A stretch of DNA of 62,000 bases from Vicugna vicugna. Lineage: Eukaryota. Below, one piece after another: positions 60,971 to 62,000 of this stretch. Location: positions 372,001 through 434,000 of the forward strand of contig MU061538.1 of the NCBI GenBank assembly GCA_013265495.1. The letters are read 5' to 3'. Made by a program: the position numbers and the translations under genes. Numbering within the stretch: the stretch's first letter is position 1; the number at the start of each line of letters is the position of its first letter. The notes below the pieces were generated by a model. The model saw only the letters and a list, made by a program, of their open reading frames with translations. It was not told where the DNA came from and did no database searches.

Positions 60971-62000
60971 TGGTCCCTCCTCCCCACCCGCTGGGGGGTC
61001 CGAGCCCTGTGCCTGACACTGGTGGGGGTGGTGTGGGAGCCGGCTGTGCCTGGAGGTCCGCTTACCCCGTGGTGCCATTCTCATACCTGACCCCCTCCGC
61101 CCAAGTCAGGACCACGACCGGCCGAGGGTCCCTGAGACCTGCCCGGAGGCCAGGCACCCTCCTCTGCGGGCGCCGCACGGCGGCCTCTCTGCCCCGTGGT
61201 CCCGGTTCTGCTGCTCTTTTCCCTGCGTTTGCACTTCCGTTCCTGTGGGACTTTCAGCACAGTGGGTTCTCCCATCTTTCCGCAACTGCCAACTATTCCA
61301 AACAGAGGAGACCTTCCCTAAGACGCAGTCGCGTGTGCGCTCGGCAGCCCCACGTGACAGCCCCGTGGAGCGGCCCCTCCCGCCCAGAGCCGCAGTCCCA
61401 CGTGGAAAGCGGCCTCCGCTCTGAGCAGCCGGGGCCGCGTACACGTGGTAACACGGCGCAGCCCCACCGTGCGCTCTGCTCAGATCTGGAAGGCTCCGTG
61501 GGCCACACCGTTTCCACATTTCAGCCTGACATTGTCAAAGAGGGCAAAGCAAGGCCGAGAACAGGAAACGTGTCCAACAGCCATCAAGGCCCGAGTCACT
61601 TACACACGGGCAGCTGTAAGCGCGGCTCCGAGCGCGGGTCACTGCAGACTCGCCTCGTCAGGCTGGGGAGGAGTGAGCAGCCCAGGGGCGCAGGCCTTTC
61701 CGGCGGACGCTGCAGCTCTCTGTAGACACGAATCCGTCCATCTCCTCCTGGTCTGTAAGCTCGGGCGCCGGGGTCCCCAGCCTCGACTCACTCGGCAAAA
61801 CTCAGGGAGGCGGGCCTCGCCTTGGCGGTGAAGGGGGTTGGTGGCGGCCGGAGGGAGTCTTAGGACTGACGAGTCCACCCCCTCTCTGGACTTCTGAACG
61901 TTTTCTGCCAAGCGTGAGAGGGGAAGCTGCCCCGCTGGGCGCCCCCTCGCCCGAGCCGTGTTAGGCTGGTGAAGCCATGGCCGCCTCTTCTCCTCAGACC

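Noticed and set aside
1..62000. Assignment to a known large subtelomeric gene (e.g. PTPRN2, DLGAP2, ADARB2, DIP2C, TAFA5, INPP5A, MGMT)
   Set aside because: I found no exon matching what I recall of these proteins. The host locus needs a genome alignment.

Overview
This is GC-rich, CpG-retaining mammalian non-coding DNA, probably the intron of a large gene or a gene desert near a chromosome end. It is very likely from a camelid (Camelus, Lama or Vicugna), because it carries two tRNA-Ala(AGC)-derived Vic-1-type SINEs (27096, 50065) and a camelid-type L1 3' end (12201-12705). I could not recognise any protein-coding gene. The supplied ORFs look like GC-rich chance ORFs, simple-repeat ORFs or L1 ORF2 relics. 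What I can support is mainly a layered set of transposon fossils (L1 of several ages, L2, MIR, MLT1 LTRs, a MER31-like LTR, and MER44, MER3, MER53, MER104 and MER5 DNA transposons), tandem repeats ((TGGA)n, a complex (CAC/CAT)n and a 17-bp G-rich minisatellite), and AT-rich islands dense in homeodomain, FOX and POU motifs that look like developmental enhancers. Repeat family names come from my recollection of the consensus sequences, not from a database search. I see no convincing new biological system. The best leads are a composite L1 with most of ORF2 missing at a younger L1 insertion, strong AT-to-GC conversion of old repeats, a 13-bp hairpin/homeodomain palindrome at 39521-39558, a candidate neural-type 24-nt microexon at 24698, a CRE-TATA module upstream of a SINE, and a near-consensus CTCF site.
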